Shown in pieces: positions 37,057-46,269 of a DNA stretch of 64,000 bases. The position numbers were made by a program, and so were the translations under genes. Each line of letters opens with the position of its first letter. Position 1 is the first letter of the stretch. Location: assembly GCA_965601925.1 (NCBI GenBank), contig OZ271854.1, forward strand, positions 3,424,001 to 3,488,000, given 5' to 3'. Below the pieces are notes generated by a model. That model searched no databases and had not been told where the DNA came from. It was given only the letters and a program-made list of their open reading frames with translations. This stretch comes from Alkalispirochaeta sp. GTDB taxonomy: Bacteria; Spirochaetota; Spirochaetia; DSM-27196; Alkalispirochaetaceae.

Positions 37057-38013
37057 TCAGACGCGGCGAAACAGACACAGCTCGTAGCGCATGAGACCTC
37101 GTTTTGCGAGTTGTTGAAGTGCGTTTCCCCCGCGTACGTTGTCCCATACGCCCCCACTCAGCCTAAAAAAGGCGGCAGGGCCCGCTACGAGGCGCACGAG
37201 AAGGTCGCGCGGTCTGTCCAGTGCCGCATATGCGCTGAAGTCGTGTACCGCATACCGTTCAAAGCCGTGCTCACGCGCGAGTGCTTCGAGCTCCCGTGAA
37301 GAGAGAAAGGTATGCACGTGCCACCCGCGGCGAAACTCATCGATCCAGCGTCGGTGTCGGCGGCGTACGTACCTCGAATCGTTTCTCGGTCGCGATGAAA
37401 CGGCCGATAACTCGAGGCGCGGAGCGACGGATGGTGCCGGAAGGTCGTCGCAGACGGCGAGCACACCGCCGGGCCTCATGTGGTCGGCGAGGTGGGCAAA
37501 AAGAGCCGCGGCGTCGTCGGCGTGGTTGAACGACTCGATCATCCACGCCCCGTCGAGCGGCCCCCAGTCCGCGAGGCGCTCGAACGTCGCCGGTGCTGCA
37601 AAGTCACCTTGTATAATGCGCCGTCTGTGCGCCTCGCCGCTGCGTGCGATGTCATGCATCCCGATGTGCGCTTGAATGGCGCTCAAGGTCACGCCGGACA
37701 CGCGAGCATCGAGGCGGCGACCGATCCATGTCGTGCTCGCTCCCACACCGCAGCCGAGATCCGCAAGATGGGTCTCCACCGTGGAGCGTCGCGGGGTGCC
37801 GTCGTCGCCCGACTCGGCGTGCGGACGCGCAACACCGGCCTCTACGAACGCCGCGACGATCCGACGGTGGATGTAGTGGAGCGCCTCGATGTGACTCGTC
37901 ACACCGGGCGCCCACAGCTCGCGATGAATCGCACCGGTCGCGCCGCTGCCGCGGCCGAAGCGCAGAAATGAGCGCGTGTTGCGATCGTAGTAGTTCCGTA
38001 CGTCGAGACTCAC
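37057..38013 (-). CDS. Class I SAM-dependent methyltransferase
   Basis: YYD..IH..LW N-terminus, ADLGCGVG, GVTLS, IESFNH, RPGG. Start placed at GTG 38013 to avoid overlap with gcvP. Confidence 0.85.
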   Translation of the reverse strand: MSLDVRNYYDRNTRSFLRFGRGSGATGAIHRELWAPGVTSHIEALHYIHRRIVAAFVEAGVARPHAESGDDGTPRRSTVETHLADLGCGVGASTTWIGRRLDARVSGVTLSAIQAHIGMHDIARSGEAHRRRIIQGDFAAPATFERLADWGPLDGAWMIESFNHADDAAALFAHLADHMRPGGVLAVCDDLPAPSVAPRLELSAVSSRPRNDSRYVRRRHRRWIDEFRRGWHVHTFLSSRELEALAREHGFERYAVHDFSAYAALDRPRDLLVRLVAGPAAFFRLSGGVWDNVRGGNALQQLAKRGLMRYELCLFRRV

Positions 38014-38029
38014 CGGCCTAAGATAGCGC

Positions 38030-41000
38030 TCAGCGACTCCTAACTTCCACCGCCACGTCGGTGAGTGACTCGCGATAACTCTCGAGGGGCGCGCAACTGC
38101 ACACGAGATTGCGGTCGCCATGCACGTTGTCGACGCGTCCCACCGCGGGCCAAAACTTGTTCCGTCGCGTCCACTGCGTCGGGTACGCTCCTCGTTCGCG
38201 CGTATACGGACGGCTCCACTCGCCGGTGATGTCCTCCAACGTGTGGGGTGCGTAGCGCAGAGGACTCTCCTCGAGCGGCACCGCGCCGGACCGTATCTCG
38301 TCGATCTCCCCGACGATGCCGATCATCGCGTCGCAAAAGCGATCGAGTTCGCCCTTGTCTTCGCTCTCGGTCGGCTCGACCATGAGCGAGCCGTGTACCG
38401 GCCACGACATCGTCGGCGCGTGAAAGCCGTAGTCGGCCAGGCGTTTGGCGACATCCTCGACGGTAACACCGGTCTCTTTTTCAATCCGCCGAAAGTCGAG
38501 AATACACTCGTGAGCCACCAATCCTCCCGCCCCGGTGTACGCGATCGGAATATGAGGCGCAAGGCGTGATGCGATGTAATTTGCGTTGAGGATCGCCGTT
38601 TGGGAGGCGCGCGTGAGGCCGCGCTCTCCCATCATGGCGATGTAGGCGTAGGAGATGGGCAATACTCCGGCGCTCCCGAGCGGTGCCGACGCGATCACTC
38701 CTGTGGGGCCGGGTTGGTCGGTCGTTCCCGGAAGAAACGGCGTGAGATGTGCGGCGGTCAACACCGGTCCCACTCCCGGTCCTCCGCCGCCGTGCGGGAT
38801 CGAGAAGGTCTTGTGCAGATTGAGGTGGCACACATCGGCGCCGATGCGTCCCGGGCTCGTGAGCCCGACCTGTGCGTTCATATTGGCGCCGTCCATGTAG
38901 ACCTGTCCGCCGCGGTCGTGAACGATACGGATCGCCTCGCGGATTCCGGCCTCGAACACACCGTGCGTCGAGGGATAGGTGACCATAAGTGCGGCGAGTT
39001 CGTCCTTGTGCTTCTCCGCCTTGGCCGCGAGGTCCGCGAGGTCGATGTCACCGTTCTCGGCGCTCGCGACCACCACAACCCGCATCCCGGCCATCGTCGC
39101 AGAGGCGGGATTGGTCCCGTGGGCGGAGTCGGGGACGAGGCAAACCGTGCGCTCGCGCTCTCCACGACTGTGATGCCACGAGCGGATGACCATGAGGCCG
39201 GTATACTCGCCCTGGGCGCCGCTGTTGGGTTGGAGCGTACATCCGTCGAGTTCGGTAATCTCACAGAGCCACGACGAGAGCTCCGAGGCGAGCATTCGGT
39301 AGCCCCCCGTCTGATGGGTCGGTGCGTAGGGGTGTATCGAGGCGAACTCGGGCCACGTAATCGGGATCATCGCCGAGGCGGGGTTAAGCTTCATCGTGCA
39401 ACTACCCAGCGGTATCATCGCCTGAGCGAGGGACAAATCGCGGCTCTGGAGCGCCGTGATATAACGCAACAGCGCCGTTTCGCTGCGATAGGCGTGGAAG
39501 ACGCGGTCTTCGAGATATCCGGTCCGACGTTCCAGCGGCAGTGCGGGACGAAACCGGACGGCCGCCGAGCGCGCGACGAGCGTCCGTCGATCGGTCTCGA
39601 CGTCGAGGGCGGCGAGGAGGACGGATAACTCATCCACTGTGGAGCGCTCGTCCAAGGTGATCCCGATTTTGCCGTCGCCGTGGGGGCGCAGATTGAATCC
39701 TGCACGCTCGGCCGCGGCAATATAACGGCGTTGGGTCGGTGAATCGACCGATAGCGTCACGGTATCGAACATATCGCCGTCGACGGTGGGAATACTGTGT
39801 TCCCTTAATACGGAGCGAAGCGTGGCGGCGAGCACCGCGATGCGCGTCGCGATACGGCGCAGCCCGTCGGGGCCGTGGTATACGGCGTACATCGACGCCA
39901 TGATTGCGAGAAGCGCCTGGGCGGTACAGATATTGCTGGTCGCCTTATCGCGGCGGATGTGCTGCTCACGCGTCTGTAGGGCGAGGCGCATCGCCGGTCG
40001 TCCGGTACGGTCTTTACTGATCCCGACGAGCCGCCCCGGCATGAGCCGCTTAAGGGCCTCGCGAGTCGCCAGAAATGCCGCATGCGGTCCGCCGTAGGCG
40101 AGGGGTACACCGAATCGCTGCGAGTTACCGACCACGATATCGGCGCCCCAGCTTCCGGGGTCGGCGAGCAGGGTGAGGGCGAGGAGGTCGGTTGCCACGA
40201 TCGCCAACGCGCCTTCGCCGTGCAGCGCCTCGACCACCTCTCGATAGTCGCGCACTACACCGTCCGTATCGGGGTACTGGACGATACCGGCGACGTCGCC
40301 GGATCGGAGCGTCCACTCTTCAACCGGAGCGCACACGAGTTCGATCCCCAGCGGCGCCGAACGCATCATGAGGTGCGCAATCGTCTGGGGATGTAGGCGA
40401 TCGTCGACGAGCACCCGCACCGTTTCCGCCTTGCCGCGATACGCGCGCAGCGCCATCGTCATCGCCTCGCCCGCAGCCGTGGCCTCATCGAGCATCGACG
40501 CGTTCGAGATCTCCATCCCGGTGAGCTCACTCACCATCGTCTGAAAGTTGAGGAGCGCCTCGAGACGTCCCTGGGAAATTTCGGCTTGATATGGAGTGTA
40601 TTGCGTATACCAACCGGGATTCTCGAGTATCGTGCGTTGGATGACCGACGGAGTGATGGTGTCGGCGTATCCTAGGCCGATCAGACTGCGCATCTGCGTA
40701 TTGTGTGAGGCCATCGAACGGAGGCGGGCGAGGAGCTCGTCTTCCGCCAGGCCCCTCGGCAGATTGAGCGCGTCGGTCCGACGAATCGACGAAGGAACGA
40801 TCGAGTCGATGAGCCGATCTACGCTCTCTGCGCCGACCACCTCGAGCATCGCTCGGACCTCCTCTTCCCTTGGACCGATATGTCGAGAAGTGTACTCATC
40901 GCTACGGTCGAGGAGTCGTTGGGCGGACGCTACGCGGTTATAGGACGGCTTGTATACCGGACCACGATTCTGGCGGCATCGTATGTTCCGCGAGCGTACG

Positions 41001-42055
41001 GCTACCAAAAGGGGCGCGTCCGCGGCCACCGAGCGATCCACATAGGCGTTGGCGATAAAGGCGTCGCACGACGGCGCCCTACCGCCCGACACGAGTACGC
41101 CGACCTCATCTCCCGACTCGTCCAATACCGGATATCCCTCGCGCGGTACGCCCGGTTCGATCATCACCAGGCGACGGAGGGTGCGCGCAGGTTTCTCGGC
41201 TTTGCGTGCCCGGATGGCGTCGCGACCGGTGAACTCGTGCTCGAGATCGCACGCCCACAAAAGACGAGCTTCCACCGGCGTGATCTCTTCGGTAAGCTCG
41301 TGGCCGTACAGGGCAAAGCCCGCCTCCAGGCGCAGGCTGTCGCGCGCCGCGAGGCCGACCGGTTGGGCGTGAATTTCGCGTATCGTCGCGACCTCGAGAA
41401 GGTACTCCCACATCGCCGGGGCCCTCTCGGCATCGAGAAAGAGCTCGAAGCCGTCCTCGCCGGTGTATCCGGTGCGCGCCGCCTCAACGACGACGGCGTC
41501 CCCGGTTACGGGCCCCTCGACACGGACCTCGGCGATGCCGAAACGCGGAAGATCGGCGACGGCGCTACCCACCGCGTACCCGATAAGCTCTTCGGCCCTG
41601 GGGCCTTGTACGGCGAGCATTGCCGTAGTAGCGCTCTCGTCTTTGAAAACAACGCCGTCGGCCGGTATACGGTCCGTAAGCCACTGCACATCGTCGACTC
41701 GCCGCGCCGCGTTCGCTACGACCAAGAACGTCGTTGCGCCGGTGCGATAGACAAACAAATCGTCGATGATACCGCCGTCATCGCGGCACAACAGCGCATA
41801 CGTGGAGCTTCCCTCGTCAAGGGCGGCGATATCGGCCGAGAGCACACTTGCAAGCCATGACGCGGCCTCCGGGCCCGACACACGCAGCTGAGCCATGTGA
41901 GATATATCGAAGAGTCCGACCGAGTTCCGCGTAGCGTGGTGTTCCGCGATCGTTCCTGCGGGGTAGTGTACCGGCATCTCCCAGCCGGCAAAGTCGGTGA
42001 AGCGTGCACCGGCGGCCTTGTGCCAACGGTGAAGACTGGTCGTGGTTGCGTGCAT
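38030..42055 (-). CDS. gcvT-gcvP: Glycine cleavage T-protein/P-protein fusion (aminomethyltransferase + glycine dehydrogenase)
   Basis: N-terminal FAGWEMP, LFDISHM, RTGYTGEDGFE, ARDSLRLEAG; from about residue 390 RHIGP, YTPYQAEISQGRLE, LGSCTMKLN, PLP motif HLNLHKTF, GDRNLVCSC. One uninterrupted ORF. Confidence 0.93.
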   Translation of the reverse strand: MHATTTSLHRWHKAAGARFTDFAGWEMPVHYPAGTIAEHHATRNSVGLFDISHMAQLRVSGPEAASWLASVLSADIAALDEGSSTYALLCRDDGGIIDDLFVYRTGATTFLVVANAARRVDDVQWLTDRIPADGVVFKDESATTAMLAVQGPRAEELIGYAVGSAVADLPRFGIAEVRVEGPVTGDAVVVEAARTGYTGEDGFELFLDAERAPAMWEYLLEVATIREIHAQPVGLAARDSLRLEAGFALYGHELTEEITPVEARLLWACDLEHEFTGRDAIRARKAEKPARTLRRLVMIEPGVPREGYPVLDESGDEVGVLVSGGRAPSCDAFIANAYVDRSVAADAPLLVAVRSRNIRCRQNRGPVYKPSYNRVASAQRLLDRSDEYTSRHIGPREEEVRAMLEVVGAESVDRLIDSIVPSSIRRTDALNLPRGLAEDELLARLRSMASHNTQMRSLIGLGYADTITPSVIQRTILENPGWYTQYTPYQAEISQGRLEALLNFQTMVSELTGMEISNASMLDEATAAGEAMTMALRAYRGKAETVRVLVDDRLHPQTIAHLMMRSAPLGIELVCAPVEEWTLRSGDVAGIVQYPDTDGVVRDYREVVEALHGEGALAIVATDLLALTLLADPGSWGADIVVGNSQRFGVPLAYGGPHAAFLATREALKRLMPGRLVGISKDRTGRPAMRLALQTREQHIRRDKATSNICTAQALLAIMASMYAVYHGPDGLRRIATRIAVLAATLRSVLREHSIPTVDGDMFDTVTLSVDSPTQRRYIAAAERAGFNLRPHGDGKIGITLDERSTVDELSVLLAALDVETDRRTLVARSAAVRFRPALPLERRTGYLEDRVFHAYRSETALLRYITALQSRDLSLAQAMIPLGSCTMKLNPASAMIPITWPEFASIHPYAPTHQTGGYRMLASELSSWLCEITELDGCTLQPNSGAQGEYTGLMVIRSWHHSRGERERTVCLVPDSAHGTNPASATMAGMRVVVVASAENGDIDLADLAAKAEKHKDELAALMVTYPSTHGVFEAGIREAIRIVHDRGGQVYMDGANMNAQVGLTSPGRIGADVCHLNLHKTFSIPHGGGGPGVGPVLTAAHLTPFLPGTTDQPGPTGVIASAPLGSAGVLPISYAYIAMMGERGLTRASQTAILNANYIASRLAPHIPIAYTGAGGLVAHECILDFRRIEKETGVTVEDVAKRLADYGFHAPTMSWPVHGSLMVEPTESEDKGELDRFCDAMIGIVGEIDEIRSGAVPLEESPLRYAPHTLEDITGEWSRPYTRERGAYPTQWTRRNKFWPAVGRVDNVHGDRNLVCSCAPLESYRESLTDVAVEVRSR

Positions 42056-42077
42056 AGCGGCTCCTTACGGCCATGTG

Positions 42078-42290
42078 CTCTGTCCGAAAACCTGAGAGAT
42101 TAGCCGGCCGTTCGACCGACGTTCCCCTTCGGTGCGGGGCGAAATGCCGCCGACTCTCCAGAGACTGCACGCGCACCCCCGATCCTTTTGCCTGAGAGTT
42201 TCGGATTCGGCCCGGCCGGGGTCGATCCTTGCACCTTCGGCGTCGCTCGCCGCGTATACACAGCGGCAAGCGGTCTCTCTCGGGAGAGGC
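42078..42290 (-). ncRNA. Tandem glycine riboswitch
   Basis: Aptamer 1 GAGAGAC..CGCCGAAGGTGCAA..AAACTCTCAGGCAAAAGGA; aptamer 2 CTCTGGAGAG..CACCGAAGGGG..AATCTCTCAGG..GACAGAG, followed by SD TAAGGAG and the gcv start. Confidence 0.93.
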
Positions 42291-42328
42291 TCTATACGGG
42301 ATAACGTATGGCCGTCGGAAGGCTTATG

Positions 42329-42982
42329 TCAATCGTCTCGGTCGGAACGCCCGGCTACCGGGCTTTGCTCGATTGCATCCAGGACGCGTCGCACGACCGG
42401 CTCAAGCTCTTCGTCGCGGTCGACGTGAAACTCTTCGGTGTTGACGAAGATCTTCGGGGAGAGATCATACGCGTCGTACCACCGCAGATACCGCTCGTTG
42501 AGACCCTCGAGATATGAGCGCGGAATACCCGACTCGAGCCCGCGATTGCGCCTCTTGATACGCTCCAGCGCCGTATCGACGGTGCAGTCCAGGTAGATCA
42601 AGAGATGGGGCGGGTGGGCGTGCTCGAGCATGTTGTCCAAGAGCGTCGAGTAGGTTTTGAACTCTTCCGTGCTCATATCACCGTCGTCGCGCAGCATCTC
42701 CGCAAAGATTCTATCGCCGAAGATCGAGCGGTCGAGAATACCGCCTCCGCTTCGAAATATATCCTTGATCATCCGGAATCGTTCGTTGAGAAAGTGGATT
42801 TGAAGTGTAAAGGCCCAGCGGCGCTTGTCGGCGTAGAAGCGGTCGAGAAGCGCAAGGGAGTCGGGGTTCGCCAACTCCCGGTAGAGCGGAATTCCCGACC
42901 GTCCCTGGATTATCTCGCCGATCGTCGTTTTGCCGACGCCGATCTGTCCCTCGATCAATATCACCGGATAGTCCTCCGTCAT
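42329..42982 (-). CDS. Deoxynucleoside kinase
   Basis: IEGQIGVGKTT, LQIHFL..R, LDRSIFGD, RIKRRNRGLE. Confidence 0.92.
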   Translation of the reverse strand: MTEDYPVILIEGQIGVGKTTIGEIIQGRSGIPLYRELANPDSLALLDRFYADKRRWAFTLQIHFLNERFRMIKDIFRSGGGILDRSIFGDRIFAEMLRDDGDMSTEEFKTYSTLLDNMLEHAHPPHLLIYLDCTVDTALERIKRRNRGLESGIPRSYLEGLNERYLRWYDAYDLSPKIFVNTEEFHVDRDEELEPVVRRVLDAIEQSPVAGRSDRDD

Positions 42983-42986
42983 GGCC

Positions 42987-44267
42987 TCACATCTGCGCGC
43001 CGATGGTGAAGCTGAAGACCGTTACACCCTCTTCGAGGTTGTATCCTACATTGAGTCCCAAGGCGGGAATCGCCACCTGTCGGATAAACACGCGAAAGCC
43101 GCCGCCGAGCCCGTAGAAGCTCTGCGTGTCGATGTAGTCCGTGTCGTACATACCCAACTCCCAGAAGTGAGACAACACCAACGCTCCCCAGTCCTGGCTC
43201 AGAACCGGAAAATCGTAGAATGCCGAGACGCTCCCCCAACGGTCGGCCGCAACGGTTTGAAAGGGGAGGGTGCGATACCCGTCGGCATCGCTGATGATCT
43301 CCTCGGCGAGGAACGCCGTGTCACCGTACCCTCCCGAGGCGAGGAGTCGGACGCGATGGGTCCGCGCGACGGGAAAGGCCCAGTCGAGCGTGCCGGCCAT
43401 CTCCCAACTCGAATCGAGTGTAACGAGGCGTCCGTCGATCTCCGCTCGGGGGCCGACGCGCAGCACATCGATCGGTCGCGTCGCATCCCATTCGATCTCC
43501 ACCGCAGGTTGAAAGAAGTCTCCGTCCTCCAACGACTCGAGGTTGACGGCGGGTGTGTCGCGATCGATATCCCATGCGGCGTAGTCGAGCCTGGCGCTGG
43601 CCGCGATGTCGTCGGTGAAGTTATAGCCGACCGAAAAGCCGAAGCCACGGGAGTTGATCTCGTACTCCCGCAACGTCATCTCGTCCGGGAGCAGCCGCTC
43701 CTCTTCGCCCGTGCCGGCGTTGGCGCTTACGCTCGTGGTCCATTTACTCTGAAACACCGCCGGGTCGACGTAGCCGAAAAAGCCGCTGGCTCCGTTCGTC
43801 CCGATGAAGCCGGCCGAAATCAGCTGCTTATTGCGTCCGAAGAGATTGCTCTCGATCAAAATGAGACCGCCGCTGGTCGTGCCGCCGCCGGCCGAAAAGA
43901 AGGGAATTGGAACGAGCGTCCAGCGTTCGTCGAGCACCACGACGATGTCCAACGTTTCGTCGTCCGCCGTCTCGCTCGTCGTGACGTCTACCGACGCAAA
44001 GAGATCGCTATCGATCAGGGCGACTCTGATCTCCTCTAAAAGCTCGGGTGAAACGGGATCCCCGGGCTCGGCGGGAATCAGATCGTACACGATTTCCTCA
44101 CGAGTACGACGGAGGCCCTCGAGACGAATCTGGCCGACTCGTACCGTCTCGTGCTCCGAGGCGGAAAGCCGGGACCGTGTCGGTATCGAGACGAGAATCA
44201 AAGACACCGCGACGAGCGATAACACCGGGGCCGCTGCACGAACTCGGAATGAACTGCTATGCGTCAT
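42987..44267 (-). CDS. Small Omp85-family outer-membrane protein (one POTRA + beta-barrel)
   Basis: Signal peptide, IRLEGLRRTR POTRA start, ERWTLVP, ESNLFG, alternating beta-strands to FSFTIGAQM. Confidence 0.7.
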   Translation of the reverse strand: MTHSSSFRVRAAAPVLSLVAVSLILVSIPTRSRLSASEHETVRVGQIRLEGLRRTREEIVYDLIPAEPGDPVSPELLEEIRVALIDSDLFASVDVTTSETADDETLDIVVVLDERWTLVPIPFFSAGGGTTSGGLILIESNLFGRNKQLISAGFIGTNGASGFFGYVDPAVFQSKWTTSVSANAGTGEEERLLPDEMTLREYEINSRGFGFSVGYNFTDDIAASARLDYAAWDIDRDTPAVNLESLEDGDFFQPAVEIEWDATRPIDVLRVGPRAEIDGRLVTLDSSWEMAGTLDWAFPVARTHRVRLLASGGYGDTAFLAEEIISDADGYRTLPFQTVAADRWGSVSAFYDFPVLSQDWGALVLSHFWELGMYDTDYIDTQSFYGLGGGFRVFIRQVAIPALGLNVGYNLEEGVTVFSFTIGAQM

Positions 44268-44308
44268 GACATGCCGGAATATACTATACGCCGAAGAGCG
44301 TGGAAAGA

Positions 44309-44343
44309 CGCACGACGCAACGGTGCGTTGCGGCCGGCGCGGT
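44309..44343 (+). repeat. 35-bp palindromic repeat, copy A
   Basis: CGCACGACGCAACGGTGCGTTGCGGCCGGCGCGGT; 33/35 identical to 46156-46190. Confidence 0.85.
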
Positions 44344-44613
44344 ACGCAGCCGTCGGCGAATACACCGGTCTGCGCCGACTCTCACAAAGGAAATCAATGA
44401 AGCGGTGTCGTAGTCGTGTCGAAAGCCGCATTGTGCAACACGAGTAACGCCTTTCATATTTACGAAACATAATAGAGAAAAAATTATATTGATACTGTAA
44501 TGGGATTATGATATTCTTTACGCAATTCTTAGTATATAATGACTTAATTTTAAATATAGTATTTTATTTTGAATTAAGTTAAAATTAATCTCATATCTGC
44601 AAGGGGTAAAGAT

Positions 44614-45930
44614 ATGCATCGACGAATTTCTCAGCTCGCGAGGCTCGGAGTGATATGCCTTACGATCGTTAGCGTGTGGGCCTGCGATAGTCTCTTGGGA
44701 TCGGACGACTCGAATGGAACGGGTGGTGGCGGCGAACTTGCATTTCTTGACATAGCAGGTGCTGAGGCGTTGTTTATCGCCCCGGGTTCGGGGTCGCAAA
44801 GCTCCCTCTCTGCGTCAGTTACCGATGTCAGCACAAACACCCTCTTCCAAATCACCGCAAACGGCTTCGTGCAAGAAGTCACGTTTCTTGACTTGGAAAA
44901 CAATGAGGTTACTCTAACGAATCTGCCCACCGAGATTTACGACGTTAACTCGGCGTACGTCATTGTACTATTCGGTGAAGACGGTTATTTAGTGAGGAAG
45001 AGCGACGGTGCGGCGTTTTCATTGGACGACGTCGGTATCCCGGCCGCCGTATCCGCCCAGCTCAACAACTTCATCAACGCTCCCATCATACAGACCGACG
45101 GTGCCGGCAATCTTTACTACCAAAACCTCTCAGACTTGGGAAGTGCAACCGGCGATGTCGTGAGAATCGATGTGAGCGATCCTTCACGCCTCACCGGAGA
45201 AGCGTATGTGACGGAAGCAAACGCGAGCGTGGATAATTTTTTTGTCTCATCAGATGAACATGTCATTTATCATTACGGCAATGCTGCAAATAGCGTTCGA
45301 GGCAATCGAATTCGTAAGGCGAACGGTGGATTACAAAATCTGTCGTCTGATATCGCCTTGTTTTTCTGGATCGGGAATGACGGTAACATAAAGTATCACT
45401 GGTATGATTCCGATACTTCCACGAGTAGGCTTTTTACCGTTACCATTGCCGCGGACGGCACGTTCTCGCAGACCGAAGTTGTCGGCGTCAATCTTCTTAC
45501 CAGTTTCCAGTCATATTTGTTCAGATTCAATGCGAGTACCGTCGCAGTCGACATCTTCAATAACGCAGTCTATGAGTTGGAGAACGCGACCGACACACCG
45601 CGAGAGATCACGACGATAACCGGTGTCGACGATTTTGACTATGCAGTGGCCTCCACCGATTACTACTATATCGCCGGGGATAACAGCACGAACCAGCCCG
45701 TATTCATTCGTGTCGATCCGAGGGATGATACCTCGTCCAGTATTCTCACCGCCGGCGAGTATGATGTGTATCGCGCGGTAGTGGCGAACGACGGCACGAT
45801 TACCTTCAACGCACAACGTATGAATGACGGCGCGATCGTTCTCGGCGAAATCTCGCCCACGGATAACCGCGTGACGATCCTGAACGAAGATCTCAATGAC
45901 GAGGTCATCGAACTCATTCGGGTTAACTAA
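44614..45930 (+). CDS. Hypothetical beta-rich lipoprotein, lower GC than flanks
   Basis: Lipobox-like VSVWA-C; Asn/Asp/Thr-rich beta repeats; preceded by a very AT-rich stretch at about 44450-44600. Confidence 0.8.
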   Translation: MHRRISQLARLGVICLTIVSVWACDSLLGSDDSNGTGGGGELAFLDIAGAEALFIAPGSGSQSSLSASVTDVSTNTLFQITANGFVQEVTFLDLENNEVTLTNLPTEIYDVNSAYVIVLFGEDGYLVRKSDGAAFSLDDVGIPAAVSAQLNNFINAPIIQTDGAGNLYYQNLSDLGSATGDVVRIDVSDPSRLTGEAYVTEANASVDNFFVSSDEHVIYHYGNAANSVRGNRIRKANGGLQNLSSDIALFFWIGNDGNIKYHWYDSDTSTSRLFTVTIAADGTFSQTEVVGVNLLTSFQSYLFRFNASTVAVDIFNNAVYELENATDTPREITTITGVDDFDYAVASTDYYYIAGDNSTNQPVFIRVDPRDDTSSSILTAGEYDVYRAVVANDGTITFNAQRMNDGAIVLGEISPTDNRVTILNEDLNDEVIELIRVN

Positions 45931-46155
45931 ACACAACCGGCTTCCATTTCGAGCTCGAGCGGGGACCCTCAAAAAGAGAGCTCCGCTCGGCCGATGACTA
46001 CGATAAGGGCTGTGCAACACAACCGTCGTGACGGCGGTCCTGCGTCCCTCCCACACCACCGATAGGCATATCGAGTACTGCATTATCCGCATCCTTCAAT
46101 CATACGTGAGGATATTGAGTACGCTTCTTTCGCCGAGTCGTTGCCGACGCCTCGG

Positions 46156-46190
46156 CGCACGACGCAACGGTACGTTGCGGCCGGCCCGGT
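46156..46190 (+). repeat. 35-bp palindromic repeat, copy B
   Basis: CGCACGACGCAACGGTACGTTGCGGCCGGCCCGGT. Confidence 0.85.
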
Positions 46191-46269
46191 GCGGCGCGCA
46201 GCGCATCGTCGCGCCTCCGATACACGCAAACGCCGACCGTAAACGGTATCGGGGCCGCGGCCATCCCCG

